From positions 3,552,001 to 3,616,000 of the forward strand of contig OZ242311.1 in the NCBI GenBank assembly GCA_965207885.1: a stretch of 64,000 nt of DNA, given 5' to 3'. Shown here one piece after another: positions 8,782-20,400 of the stretch; within the stretch, counting starts at the first letter, position 1; the number at the start of each line of letters is the position of its first letter. The notes beneath the pieces were generated by a model. The model was not told the DNA's origin. It saw nothing but the letters and a program-made list of their open reading frames with translations, and did not search any database. This stretch comes from Candidatus Latescibacterota bacterium (GTDB lineage Bacteria; Latescibacterota; UBA2968). Made by a program: the position numbers and the translations under genes.

Positions 8782-9753
8782 CTAATCCTTCCAAACCATC
8801 ACCACGGCCATTGTTTCATCAAGGCGCGTGTACAACAAATCAAATGCGTCAGCAGCGTCCTCAAAATCAAAACGATGGGTCACCATTGTCCGCGTCTGGA
8901 TCTTATCTTCCATCAACAACTGGATCGCTGTATCCGACCCTTGTGGCCGGTACGCGCCGTCCAGATATCCTCCAATCAGGCGTTTGCCCTGAATTTTTGA
9001 CGAATCCAGAGGCAAAGGCTCACCCTCATACAATCCCACAACCTGCAACAACCCACCCCCCCGCACCATATCTTGCGCCTGTGCAAATGCCTGCGCGCCC
9101 GCGCGTCCCCCCACAGCTTCAACCACAACATCTGCACCCCTACCATCAGTAAGCTCTTTCACCGCTGCAATCGGATCGGTATCGCCCGCATTCACCACAG
9201 CACTCGCACCCAACTGTTCGGCCAAATCACAGCGCAGGGACAGGGCATCGACCGCGATCACACGGCAATCGTGCAGATGCCGAGCAACTTGCATACAGCA
9301 ACTCCCCACCAGACCCTGTCCCAAAATCGCCATGGTATCGTTCGGACCAGCCCCAGTGTCCCGCATCCACAGCACCGAACTCGTAGCCAGGGGCCAAAAA
9401 GTCGCCGCCTCGGATGTAACCGCATCGGGTAGCGATACCACTGCTGGTTTATGGCGCGAATTGACAACCTCAACAGCCACATACTCGGCATGCGGTGCCA
9501 GAGCCGCTACCCGTTCCCCCATCGAAAAATCATCTACCTGCGCCCCCACCTGCACAATCGTTCCAGCGAGCGAATATCCCATCATCTGGTGATCAATCGC
9601 CTCTTCTCTCACATACCGCCGCCAGATCTCAGATCCCCTGCTAATCAGCGTGCGTTCTGTTCTAATAAGCACCTCTGTCTGTCGAATCTCTGGCAAAGGC
9701 ACATCTTCAATCTCGACATGGTACGCGCCTTCGGGTTTAATCACGCGCTTCAT
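8782..9753 (-). CDS. MDR-superfamily (zinc-binding alcohol dehydrogenase-like) oxidoreductase
   Basis: LISRGSE, GYSLAG, ILGQGLVG Rossmann motif, GADVVVEAVG; start MKRVIK chosen for its GGAGG RBS. Confidence 0.82.
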   Translation of the reverse strand: MKRVIKPEGAYHVEIEDVPLPEIRQTEVLIRTERTLISRGSEIWRRYVREEAIDHQMMGYSLAGTIVQVGAQVDDFSMGERVAALAPHAEYVAVEVVNSRHKPAVVSLPDAVTSEAATFWPLATSSVLWMRDTGAGPNDTMAILGQGLVGSCCMQVARHLHDCRVIAVDALSLRCDLAEQLGASAVVNAGDTDPIAAVKELTDGRGADVVVEAVGGRAGAQAFAQAQDMVRGGGLLQVVGLYEGEPLPLDSSKIQGKRLIGGYLDGAYRPQGSDTAIQLLMEDKIQTRTMVTHRFDFEDAADAFDLLYTRLDETMAVVMVWKD

Positions 9754-9790
9754 GGAACACCTCCCGATGGTAGTGGTTTGTAGCAATCCC

Positions 9791-11710
9791 TCAGTCTCCA
9801 GCCCCCATCATCACCCAATCGTACATCTCCCCAGCCCGTTCGACAGCGCGATCTACATCTTCGCGCAACATCAACTGCTCCTCCACCAGTACCCGAGCTG
9901 CTCGCGCCACACAGTCCAAATACGCTTCGCGGCTACCATAGCGTTTAGCAATCGATAGTCGCGAATCACCCTCGCGCTCATCCTCATCGCGCGCAAATGG
10001 CACCCACATCCCATCCAGGCCAACGAGCGCATCGGTCGCTCCGCGTTGTCGATACCGCCACCCCGTAAACGTACCCAGAGGCGCGACCACCTCTGGCATG
10101 CGAATACCAGCAATCTCATTGCCATCGCGATCGACCTGAGGCACGCGCACCCCAAAAGGACGCCCTTTTTCGGGCGGCTCGATATCGATAATCCCATCAT
10201 CCCACCTATCCCCCCAATTCAATCGCAAAGGCCGCCGCATGCGTCTGGGACTTCGCAAGTCGGGAATAGTGGGAAATTTCAAATCGTCTGCATCTACCAG
10301 AGAACCATCCGCAACACGACCATATCTGCTCTCAGGAGGATCAACGCCCTCACGCACCCAGCGGTCTAACGCAACGAGAAGCGCGCGCTCTGCATAGCGA
10401 AAATTCACGGGATTTGGAGGCACTGTTAGACGCGGCTTTTGGGGCACATCACCCGGACCGTGTTTTGTACTTGCAAAATGATAAACGCGGACCGACGGAT
10501 GAACCTCCACATCCTCTTGTCCGTTCACATCTGTGTGATTCAAAGACGCACCGCGATTCCAGTATTCGGTTGAAGTATTGGTATAAAAAATGCGCGGTGT
10601 CACCCCTGCGGCGTCACAGCGATCCAACAAGCCACCCCTCTCCATGGTTTCGGGATCTGTTTGCGGTAAATCTGTAAACGGAAACCACTCCGTGGGATAC
10701 AACGCATCAAAATGCGCGCTGGCATGCCGCGAAGGCTGTGCAAACCGATGATTAAACGATCCCCGCGCGCCGCCTGCAACATTGGCAAACACCCCATCGA
10801 AAACCTTTCGTCCAGCCTCATCCCCATTAAAGCCCTCATACAACATGTGTCGCAAAAAGCGCCCACTTTGCGACGACCCAAAAGCATAAGCCCGCTCAAT
10901 CGCATTGCCCAGTGGATTGCCATCCGTCCCGTATTTCAAAAACGACACAAAATCCCGGGTCGCGGCAAAACCCGTTCCCATCACAGTTGGATTTTTGCCC
11001 GTATAAACCAGATTGTAAATGCGCCCCGGTTCAAATCCCTGTGGAAATCGGATCGCAGCGCGCCCATCCTCCAACCGATCAAACGCCCATTGATCGCGCC
11101 CAATTTCCTCGGCTTCATCATAAGGATACGCCCGCACAGTGAGCACCGCATCGCCATCTTCCACAGGTTCATAGGGATCGTGATAGCGACTACCCAGAGA
11201 ATGCAAATCCGTCTCTGCATCAACGACAATCTCACACGACACAGGACCCGTAACATCGACCACTGGCGCGTCCAATGTCATCAAATTGATAGCGCCATCT
11301 GATTCAGACGGCACATCGGCCTGCCAACCACACGCGGCAAGCGTGTACCCCTGCCGCATCAAAAAGCTATCGCCAAAATGTGCGGCAGTATCCGGCATAT
11401 TCGATCCCGATGCCAGATTAAACATCGGTAAAATATTTTTTCGCCCGCGATTGACCACATTGTAAAACACAGTACTGTTGCCCCGAGCGACATCAACCGG
11501 CTTGAGCAAATGCACATCGGCTCGAAAAATCACCCGCCCGCTCTCGTCAACGGGCGCGAGATTTAAATCGACAATCGCCTCGTTTTGTTTGTGATTCGGA
11601 TCAAGCGCGAACCACGCACAGCCACACAGCGCCTCATAAGCACCCACAGCACCGTACAACTTGCCGTTGAGCACAGTTTTCCGAGAAGTAATTTCCAATT
11701 GCGTGAGCAT
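9791..11710 (-). CDS. Alpha/beta-hydrolase domain protein
   Basis: NVVNRG, GSSQSG nucleophile elbow, TNTSTEYW, PQVDRDGNEIAGIR. Confidence 0.75.
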   Translation of the reverse strand: MLTQLEITSRKTVLNGKLYGAVGAYEALCGCAWFALDPNHKQNEAIVDLNLAPVDESGRVIFRADVHLLKPVDVARGNSTVFYNVVNRGRKNILPMFNLASGSNMPDTAAHFGDSFLMRQGYTLAACGWQADVPSESDGAINLMTLDAPVVDVTGPVSCEIVVDAETDLHSLGSRYHDPYEPVEDGDAVLTVRAYPYDEAEEIGRDQWAFDRLEDGRAAIRFPQGFEPGRIYNLVYTGKNPTVMGTGFAATRDFVSFLKYGTDGNPLGNAIERAYAFGSSQSGRFLRHMLYEGFNGDEAGRKVFDGVFANVAGGARGSFNHRFAQPSRHASAHFDALYPTEWFPFTDLPQTDPETMERGGLLDRCDAAGVTPRIFYTNTSTEYWNRGASLNHTDVNGQEDVEVHPSVRVYHFASTKHGPGDVPQKPRLTVPPNPVNFRYAERALLVALDRWVREGVDPPESRYGRVADGSLVDADDLKFPTIPDLRSPRRMRRPLRLNWGDRWDDGIIDIEPPEKGRPFGVRVPQVDRDGNEIAGIRMPEVVAPLGTFTGWRYRQRGATDALVGLDGMWVPFARDEDEREGDSRLSIAKRYGSREAYLDCVARAARVLVEEQLMLREDVDRAVERAGEMYDWVMMGAGD

Positions 11711-11764
11711 TAACCCGCTCCAATTCTCAAATATTCTCTACCAGTTCCGATAAAAACCTACAAC

Positions 11765-12700
11765 CTAAAACGCGGTGAGATCAAAGGGATTGGACCACGC
11801 CTTGTCGCCATTTGGTGCAATAATCTCAAAACGCACGTATTTTGAGTCGGGCCGCAGCTTGAAAGTGGCGGTCTCAAACAGCTTACCGCCCTCATAGTAT
11901 TCGGTCCCCCTCGAATCTAATACCGCGGCAATGCGCTGCGCAGGTGAACATTTTACTGTGACTTCAACCGTGCGCCCTTCCCCACTATGCAACCGAATAT
12001 CAAAAATTTGCGGCCCCGTTGACGCATAACCCGCGCCAGATTCCAGGGCTTCAACAATAGCTTCTGGCGACCGTTCCTTCACGCGCACCATAGTCCAGCC
12101 CTGATACGTATCTCGCTCTTCTGAATCAGCCGCGTGGGAATCGTCATTGCCCAGTGCCGGGAGCAATTGTCCGGACAAATCCATCCAATCGTCCCAATGC
12201 ACAGAAGACTCACCGCGTCCGGCGCACCGACATGTCGTATTAAAAACTTCTATACCCGCCAAACCCGTCAGCGGCATTGTATCGCGCAAAATATTGATCC
12301 CGCTCCAGTGCGGATGTGCGAGCCAGATCGAGCCACCCTGTTTTTTTACTTCATCAATCACATGTTGCGGGGGCATAGCCCGCGCATCCATATCCTCTGA
12401 AATATTGAGTGCCACAAAGTGGTGGCGGTCCCCACCAAAGGGATTATCGGGATGCAATTCAGCACCCTGAATAAGCGTGAAATTTTCAGGACAAGTCAGT
12501 GTCTCGACAAATGTGATATTATTGTGATCGGATACACACAAATAATCGTAGCCCTGATTGACATACCCATCCACGCGTTCTTGCGGCGAGACCCGCCCAT
12601 CCGAATTTGTCGAGTGACTGTGCAAATTGCCCTTCAGCCACATATAACCATCGCCATCAGATAAAACAAACGGATTTACCAACCCATTTTCTACGGACAT
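11765..12700 (-). CDS. PHP-domain metallohydrolase (CehA/McbA-like)
   Basis: KGNLHSHSTNSDG, SDHN, AHPHWS, GNDDSH, AWSNP. Confidence 0.85.
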   Translation of the reverse strand: MSVENGLVNPFVLSDGDGYMWLKGNLHSHSTNSDGRVSPQERVDGYVNQGYDYLCVSDHNNITFVETLTCPENFTLIQGAELHPDNPFGGDRHHFVALNISEDMDARAMPPQHVIDEVKKQGGSIWLAHPHWSGINILRDTMPLTGLAGIEVFNTTCRCAGRGESSVHWDDWMDLSGQLLPALGNDDSHAADSEERDTYQGWTMVRVKERSPEAIVEALESGAGYASTGPQIFDIRLHSGEGRTVEVTVKCSPAQRIAAVLDSRGTEYYEGGKLFETATFKLRPDSKYVRFEIIAPNGDKAWSNPFDLTAF

Positions 12701-12724
12701 AACAAACTCCTTTGAATTAATTTC

Positions 12725-13858
12725 TCACCTCTGCCACCAGATCTTCCCCGCCCGGACAGACGCACGACAAACCAACCGCTGCTCGCCCATCAACACCTGC
12801 TGCATTGCATCGGTCAACTCAAATTTACCCTTTTCCAATTCAAATATAGCGACATCGCCCGCAGCACCAACCCTCAGGTGTCCGAGATCATTCTCTCGAT
12901 CAATCACCTGTGCCGGTTCAATGGTTGAGCGTTGAATCACTTCCTCGAGCGACATACCCAAATTCAGGAACTTGGACATCGTCGTCGGCAAGTCGTAAAC
13001 AGGACCATCGATATTGTACGAATGGATATCACTGCTGATGGTATCGGGTGGGAAACCATCTTCCATAGCTGCGCGCCCCACGTCGTAACTAAAACTGCCC
13101 AACCCGTGACCAATGTCAAAAATTACCCCGCGATCGCGTGCATCCCATGCCTCAGAAATCACCTTTCCCCGATTGTCGATAATCGACGCGGGTTGCGTAC
13201 CGTGAAAACAATGGGTCACAATATCGCCGGGGCGCAGAGGCTGAAGCAGGTCGCGCAAAAGCACATCGGCATTGCTGATATGAACCATCAGGGGTTTTTC
13301 GCACCGATTGGCGGCCTCCAGGGCAATTTGCAACAAATCGCGCACATCCGCATCGCCGCCCACGCCTTTGTACAAACGCACCTTAACGCCCAGTGCTGTT
13401 TTCGGGTGATTCAAAACCGTCTGTGCACATTCGCTGGCCGATACATAGCCTTCATACACCATCTCGCCGCGCCGCCAGGGCAACCCGACACCCGACAGAT
13501 TGACATAGGCCAAAATACGCGTTGAAGACGGCGCCATTACATAGCGCTCCAATCCGCGATAATTGATCCATCCCGCCGTTCCCGTATCAACGCTCGTTGT
13601 CACGCCTGTGCGCGGACACAGTTCATCGGCCTCTATGCCAAAACTCGACACATCTTTGTACACATGGGTATGCAAATCGATCAGTCCCGGCGTCACGAGA
13701 CATCCGCTTGCATCAATCACTGAATCGGCCTCACCCAAATCGCGCCCAATAGCTGCTACCACGCCATCCTTCAACGCCACATCCAATGTACCCCGCACCC
13801 CATTAGCCGGGTCTATCACCGTGCCACTTGTTATCAAAACATCGTATTGACCAGCCAT
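12725..13858 (-). CDS. Amidohydrolase / dihydroorotase-like deacetylase
   Basis: PGLIDLHTH, GVKVR, MVHI, THCFHG, DIGHG, ISSDIH; start MAGQ after GAGG. Confidence 0.85.
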   Translation of the reverse strand: MAGQYDVLITSGTVIDPANGVRGTLDVALKDGVVAAIGRDLGEADSVIDASGCLVTPGLIDLHTHVYKDVSSFGIEADELCPRTGVTTSVDTGTAGWINYRGLERYVMAPSSTRILAYVNLSGVGLPWRRGEMVYEGYVSASECAQTVLNHPKTALGVKVRLYKGVGGDADVRDLLQIALEAANRCEKPLMVHISNADVLLRDLLQPLRPGDIVTHCFHGTQPASIIDNRGKVISEAWDARDRGVIFDIGHGLGSFSYDVGRAAMEDGFPPDTISSDIHSYNIDGPVYDLPTTMSKFLNLGMSLEEVIQRSTIEPAQVIDRENDLGHLRVGAAGDVAIFELEKGKFELTDAMQQVLMGEQRLVCRASVRAGKIWWQR

Positions 13859-13865
13859 ACCATCC

Positions 13866-14864
13866 TCACGATCGCTCTGCAATATAAGTTTTGGAATCGA
13901 TTTTTCCCGCAACAATCAATTCGCGGAACAATGCCACAGTTTCAGCCACGCCTTCTGTCAGTGGCTTGTGCGCCACTGTGCCAATCGCAGCTTCTAATCC
14001 ACTCCCATCGACTTCCTGGGGAAATGGCAACTGAATATCTTCAAACGTAATCTTATCCGCAGCTTCAGGTGCTGCCCGATCAATCGCATCCTTCACATCC
14101 TGCATATCGGGTGCAAATCCGCCCAAATTAAACGCTCCTGCCCCCGCGTAATCAGCCCGTGCAGCCTGAATAAACGCGCGCGCCGTATCATCCGCATACT
14201 GAAAAACCGTACGCCCACCATAAGAAATATGATAGGGCAAATTCGCCGCTGCTGCGAGCATTGCCGTCGTTGGCGTAGAAGTAATTCCCTGATCTCGCCC
14301 CACCCCATAGACCACATAGGGACGAAAACCTATAGAAGACACACCCTCGTCGAGCCAATACACATGCGCGGTTCCCTCATTCGCCTGTTTGTACACGCCG
14401 TAATGCGTATGGGGCATCAACGTGGAATCATCTCGCATCACAGCGTCAGGCTCGTAATCCTCGGGCGCACCAAAAACAGCGACAGAGCTCGCATAGACCA
14501 CTTTGTCAATGCGCTCCCGTCGGCGTTTCACAGCTTCAAAAACATTTGCAGTACCCACCACATTGACGCGCGCACCAAGTGGTGGATCGGCCTTGCAAAA
14601 CGGCACTTGAAGCCCGGCCAGATGTATGACATGGGTAATATCATTATCGTCCAGAGCCTCTTCAAAAGCGGACAAATCCGCAATATCTCCTGCAACAAAA
14701 TTTACCTGCGCCAATTCGTCATCTGACAGCAACAATTGCAAACGTAGAGGCTCTGTCGCCAGATCAAATACCGTGACTGGCACCCCTTCCTGCACCAGAT
14801 TGTGCACGGTCCATGCGCCAATACACCCCAATGCACCCGTAACTAAAAAACGCTCGTCAGCCAT
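13866..14864 (-). CDS. NAD-dependent epimerase/dehydratase (extended SDR)
   Basis: VTGALGCIG, HLAG, YASS and YGVYK (YxxxK). Confidence 0.88.
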   Translation of the reverse strand: MADERFLVTGALGCIGAWTVHNLVQEGVPVTVFDLATEPLRLQLLLSDDELAQVNFVAGDIADLSAFEEALDDNDITHVIHLAGLQVPFCKADPPLGARVNVVGTANVFEAVKRRRERIDKVVYASSVAVFGAPEDYEPDAVMRDDSTLMPHTHYGVYKQANEGTAHVYWLDEGVSSIGFRPYVVYGVGRDQGITSTPTTAMLAAAANLPYHISYGGRTVFQYADDTARAFIQAARADYAGAGAFNLGGFAPDMQDVKDAIDRAAPEAADKITFEDIQLPFPQEVDGSGLEAAIGTVAHKPLTEGVAETVALFRELIVAGKIDSKTYIAERS

Positions 14865-14874
14865 AATTCCCTCT

Positions 14875-14913
14875 AAAAAAATCCGTTGGCATACACAATC
14901 ACCAACGGATTTT
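14875..14913 (-). terminator. Intrinsic terminator ending the DUF6785-FtsX-OPT operon
   Basis: AAAATCCGTTGG-loop-CCAACGGATTTT stem followed by a T run on the minus strand, 25 nt after the OPT-like stop. Confidence 0.65.
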
Positions 14914-14938
14914 CGTTATGAAAATAAACCCTTTGCGA

Positions 14939-17383
14939 TCAGAACAACAAGACCGATACCGACTTCTGGATCATGGCAATGGACACAGACGCCATTCCCA
15001 CAAGTGCCATGCCCACGGAAAAGCCCACCGCCAATACTGTCGCGTAAAGGCGCCATTGTTTCTTGCCAAAACGACTCCAAAAATAGTAGCGGGCAATTAA
15101 CGCGCCAATGATCTGAGTGATCATCGTATGCGGAATATTGGTCAAACTTTGCACATATCCAAAGATCAGCAAAATGGGCAACCCAAATATGGACAAAATA
15201 ACAAAGAATACAAGTCCAACGGCAAATCCTGTACCAATAACCCAGGGTTTCAGAGCCTCAAACAAAATGGGCTGATCATCTGACGACTGCAAAAATGCCC
15301 CGTCAAAAGAAGGCACCTGATCGATCTCGTATTGATAGAACAACTCGCGGTCCTGCGGATCCATCGCCCTGGAAATGATCATTTCTGGATTTGGCGTATT
15401 CAGATGCGCGCCATCATCCGCACTGCGTATTTCCGGTGCAGAAGGCAACCCCTGAGCCAGAGCATCGGAAATATCGGGAGGAGCGCGACTCAAAGTTGCG
15501 GGCGGGTATGGCGGAGGCTGTGCCTCATCAAAATTGGTGAAAAAATAAGCAGTACTCGACCACGGGCTATACCTGCGCTCTTCAATGGGTACACTATCCG
15601 GATCATCGGGCGTTGCCCGCACCCGCCAGTACCACCATGCATTATTCGACAAATTGGCCGGAGTCCACGTTACAGTACCCTCTTGTGAATAGTCAACTTC
15701 GCCGCGCATAGTACTGGTAATCCACACACATCTCTGAAGGGCGCGCAACGGCCAGAACAATTGCACGTAAGGATATGCATCGGACGGAATGGGCGCGAGT
15801 TTCCAAATATAGGACCAGTACATAAAACTGGTCAGAAAAACCAGCGGCACCATAAAAATTTCGGCTCTCAGAATGCTCCTGAAGCTGGTACCCGTCAACT
15901 CAATCTCTCGGAAACGCTGCGCCGCTGCGCCGTAGTTATCCAGGCCAAAATCCACAAACCAGATATGAATGCCTCTGAATCCGCTCAGGAAAATAGTAGC
16001 TTCTTTAATGTATGGGATACTCACATTTTGCCCCACCATACCGTCTAAGCGGGCATTGACAAATGAAATGAGAGGCGTATATACAAATGCAAAAATGAAG
16101 AAAAACACCAACAAGGTGGTAGTCACCAACTGCGGAAACAAAATTTTTGATATAACAATGGTGTACAAGCTCGCCAGGCAAAATAATACCACGCAGAACC
16201 AAATTTTAAAATCGCCTCGCCCGGGCGGCGTCTCCCACGATCCCTTCTCGGTCTTTTCAATCCGCGCGGTTCGCACCCCCCGCCACACCTGATAAAACCC
16301 AATGACAGTAATGGCAAATGTAATGCCAATGCCAAAGCTCATCCAGAAATCAATACCCGTCACAAAGTGAGTCTGGATCGTGTCCATCCCCATAAACCAG
16401 TGGGGCATATATCCATGCTTGTGTAAAAGTGGACTTGCAATTGTATGGATGACCACCCCGACAAAGGACCCTATCACCGCCCAGAAGGGAGCGAGAAAAC
16501 CCGTAAAAATGGGGCCCAGGTGCAGGGTGAAACCCAGAGGTGTCGCGGGTAAAAAATATCCCGTATATTGAGTGAAATCGACCCAGGGAATTGGAATAAG
16601 CTGTACAGGCTGTTCCATAAACGCACCCGTAATAGCCGGCACAGCTACATAAACCATCCCCCACACCACGCCGATCACAGCGCCAATAGAAAACATGCGC
16701 CAGCGCCACGTAATATCTCCACTGCTCTCTTCTGCCAATGCCATGGCTCCATGCGCGTTGATGGGTGCAAACGGAAATGGCAGATTCTCGTAATCGGACG
16801 TGATTCGGAATAACACATAGCTGGCGGTAAACCAGGCAATGCGCCCCATAATCGTGCCCATTACCAGGAACGCAATGGGCCAAAACCAATCGGCGTGTAA
16901 AAACGTGCGCTCGATCAGCGCCTCGGAATTTGCAGGAGGTGCCCACCACCACAGCTCACTCAATGACTTTTGTATGCCAAATTGCACGGCTGCGGGCGAC
17001 TGCACAAAATACTGATGCCACAACAGACCTTCAAACGCATTGGACTCCCGATTGACCAGCGAACTCGTCACATAATACAACAGATAGACTTCTTGTCGCT
17101 TGAGTATGGTAAACGAGCGCTTTGCCAGTTCGATGAACAAAATAATCGTGACCCACTGCGCCGCTGCACCGATCGAGCCACCGATCATCAGATCCAGATA
17201 AATATTGCCGGGCACCATCACAATCGACACAAATAACGCACCCACAATGGTTTTGCTATTGAACCCATCGACAAATTCGTCTGGCTCGTCAAGCAGATCG
17301 CGATACTCTTCAATCTCTTCAAACTGCGTATTTTTCTTTGGTTCTTTGTCTTTGTTGCGTCTTAAAAGATTGCCTAAAAGCAT
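14939..17383 (-). CDS. OPT-superfamily-like polytopic membrane protein with an inserted FN3/Ig-like soluble domain
   Basis: Many TM segments; AAAQWVTIILFIE, ENLPFPFAPI and IPYIKEA motifs; hydrophilic ~140-aa insert before the last TMs. Confidence 0.65.
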   Translation of the reverse strand: MLLGNLLRRNKDKEPKKNTQFEEIEEYRDLLDEPDEFVDGFNSKTIVGALFVSIVMVPGNIYLDLMIGGSIGAAAQWVTIILFIELAKRSFTILKRQEVYLLYYVTSSLVNRESNAFEGLLWHQYFVQSPAAVQFGIQKSLSELWWWAPPANSEALIERTFLHADWFWPIAFLVMGTIMGRIAWFTASYVLFRITSDYENLPFPFAPINAHGAMALAEESSGDITWRWRMFSIGAVIGVVWGMVYVAVPAITGAFMEQPVQLIPIPWVDFTQYTGYFLPATPLGFTLHLGPIFTGFLAPFWAVIGSFVGVVIHTIASPLLHKHGYMPHWFMGMDTIQTHFVTGIDFWMSFGIGITFAITVIGFYQVWRGVRTARIEKTEKGSWETPPGRGDFKIWFCVVLFCLASLYTIVISKILFPQLVTTTLLVFFFIFAFVYTPLISFVNARLDGMVGQNVSIPYIKEATIFLSGFRGIHIWFVDFGLDNYGAAAQRFREIELTGTSFRSILRAEIFMVPLVFLTSFMYWSYIWKLAPIPSDAYPYVQLFWPLRALQRCVWITSTMRGEVDYSQEGTVTWTPANLSNNAWWYWRVRATPDDPDSVPIEERRYSPWSSTAYFFTNFDEAQPPPYPPATLSRAPPDISDALAQGLPSAPEIRSADDGAHLNTPNPEMIISRAMDPQDRELFYQYEIDQVPSFDGAFLQSSDDQPILFEALKPWVIGTGFAVGLVFFVILSIFGLPILLIFGYVQSLTNIPHTMITQIIGALIARYYFWSRFGKKQWRLYATVLAVGFSVGMALVGMASVSIAMIQKSVSVLLF

Positions 17384-17404
17384 AGATTGTCCCGTGTCGT
17401 GATA

Positions 17405-20400
17405 CTATCCGCTGACCGTTGCCTTGGAGGCAGAGAGCAATTCCCGCCCTTTTTCCGTGTATTTGACGCGATTGGTCGGATCAACTGTTCGCCAGATCAA
17501 AAATTGTTTGCGAAGCGCGTTCATAAAGCCTTGATTGACCCGCCGCCACGATGCCGCATCGCCCGAAAGTCGGTCTATTGTCAGGGTCATCGCAAAAATA
17601 TTGTGCTCACCCATGGGCACGGCTTCAAAATGCACCTGTTGACTCACGCCCAAATCATAAGGTGCCAACCATATCGTCGTATCAATCGTATATCCCGCGC
17701 CGGTTGCTGCTTCAACCGAACCAAAACGCGCGCCATCTGTATAAAACGCGCCCATGGACTCACCCACATGCGACTCGAAATAATCGACCAGAAATACCGA
17801 CAGCCCAAACACATCCTTGCCACCCACGGTAAATGGAAACTCAAAATGCCAGTGATCACCTTCTGGATCGGGCAATTTCCAGCGGCGCGTCACATCGGGC
17901 ACAGCCATAAGTGACGCCTGACGCGCGGGATAGAGCGACGAAATCAAAACCACCACGATCACCAGCACCGAAGAAATCACCGTTGACAATGCCGAATAAT
18001 TCACATTAAGCCCTTGCAACCACCCCTGCCACAACAAAACTTTAATCACCCCTTGACCGAGCAAATACCCCGATACAGTCCCCAACACGGCATAAACACA
18101 CGCCTCGGCAATAAACAAAAAAGAGATGTGTACAGGTGCCAATCCCACAGAAGAATAAATGCCGATCTCGCGGAAACGCTCGTACACCGATCCCATCATC
18201 GTATTCAGCACAATTAGCGCAGCCACCAGAATGGGAACGAACAAATTGGCCAAGCCGGGCAATGGCCCCCATCCCATCGAACTGTAAATTGACACCTGGA
18301 TTTTGCCATCTGCCATTGGAATGCCCGCAAACACCACCACCGACAACCGCGACACATATTCTTTGACCTGTTCTTCGACATCTACGCCCTCGTGCAAACG
18401 AATCGCCACAGATTGCAGTGGGCTACCCACTTCGCGCAATATATTATAGGGAATAATGGCAATATCGTCGGGGTCAATATGCTCGAATGGCATGTTCTCG
18501 AGCTGAGGTTGTTCCAGACCCTGTTTTTCGCGAGTCTCCTGCTGGGTCAGCCGGGAGACGATCTCATCATCCGTCAGTTTAAAATCCGCCGGACTCAAAA
18601 TTTCGCCGTCCAGGTCCGGATGATTGCGCATTTTTTCCGCGTCAATCAATCCCACAACTTTCAACTGTTTGCCAAATAATCGCACGCTCTTTTTGCCAAC
18701 ATCTTCAGGCTCTACCTTGAGTAATTCGGCTATTTTGCCGGGCAAAATACACGCGATCTCACCCTCTTTAAACCACCGCCCATGGCTCAACAAAGTATCG
18801 ATCCTCGTGACCGCGGGTTCATTGACCGATAGTCCCAATATCCCCAGCACTTTGGTCGCTTTTTCCGGCGTTTCAATCGGCGTCTTTTTCAAGTCTCGAG
18901 TCACATACCAGCTGCGCGGCGCAATCTCACCCTGATCAAAAAAATTAATGCGGGCATAATCATAAGCCGTATCCTCCAGCGGTCCCCAAAACTGGCTGCG
19001 GATCAACAGCCCCGGATACTTACCTTCGGTATCCAGCAGAATTTGATAAAAATCGAGCGTTGTCTTAATCGACGTAAAGGACAATACGGTAAACGTCAAC
19101 AAGACCAGCGTGGCAAACGTCAGGCCAGTGCGCATTTTGCGCTTTTTCATGTTGGCAATGCCCAACTGAAATGCCGCTACCGAAGCACTTATCCGCCCCA
19201 CATCCGTATCGTGCAACAACACCTCTTCTGTACGCAGTTGCCGAATATTGTCGTGAAACCGCCCCGACACAATGGCAATCACAAAAATCGCCAGTGCCAA
19301 AATCACAAAAGCCAGCAAAATCACAAACGGATTGGAAAGATCAAAAGCGGGATGCACCTGCGAAAGCACGATCCAGATCACCATAAAAGCCGCACCAAAG
19401 CCGCCGATTTGTAGGCGAATATCGGAAAAAGTAAAAATCAACCGCTCGACAAAAAACGCGCACGGAATGACCAGTATCATAAAGAAAATCACGCCTCGAA
19501 TCACATCGTTTTGCGTTGCTTTCACGTCTGGATAGGCGCGCGATTCGAGGCCCATGCCCGCACGCGTGTGTTTGACAAACAAATCCCATTTCTTGTCTTG
19601 CATCGACTCTTCGGCCAGATCCAGATGGTATTTGGCCTGCTCGTGCAAATTGGTCATCCGCTGGTTTTCAATCGAATACTTCGCCAATTCGCGTATTCGC
19701 GCCTCATTCAGCGTCCACATATCTTTTGCGGCCTGGAACGAAGAGTGAATAAACGACCCGTGTTGCAAAGTCTGAAACCCATCGCCGCGCGCGACTTCCA
19801 CGCTTTCCGCGCTTTTTGAATTCAGCAACATATAGCGCACGCCTATATCCAGTGACCTGCCCCCCAACCGCATCACAATTTTGACCCGTTCGCCCGGCGT
19901 TGTAAAAATGGTTCCCACCGGTTCTTCTGGACCAAAGCCAATGGCATAGCCGTATTCCTGCGGCGCAGTATTGCCGGGACCGAGTACGCTGATGCTCGAC
20001 AATTTGGATAAATAACGGGGATCGACTGTATCGTAAAAATCCGTTGCAATACACGGGAACAAAATCCGCGTGCGCTTGGATATCCACCAATCCATATTAA
20101 ACTCACCCCGGTATATGCGCGCCTGACGACCGTGATTTGGCGCGTACGTAATTTCACCGCTTTCTGGATCCATATAAAAAGCCTTCACATCTACGCGGCG
20201 TTCGGCAATGCCCGGCATGTAAAATTCGCCATTTTCGTCGGCAATATCGTAGTAGATGCGGCGCACGCCTTTGATCGATTTGTCAACGCCCATTCGCAGC
20301 GAAGCCACGGCACCGGGACGGGGGCGATCAGGGATAATGCTCCGTCGGGGAAATGTGCGCACAAAACCCTGTAAACCGCGCATGCGATCGTCGGGATCCA

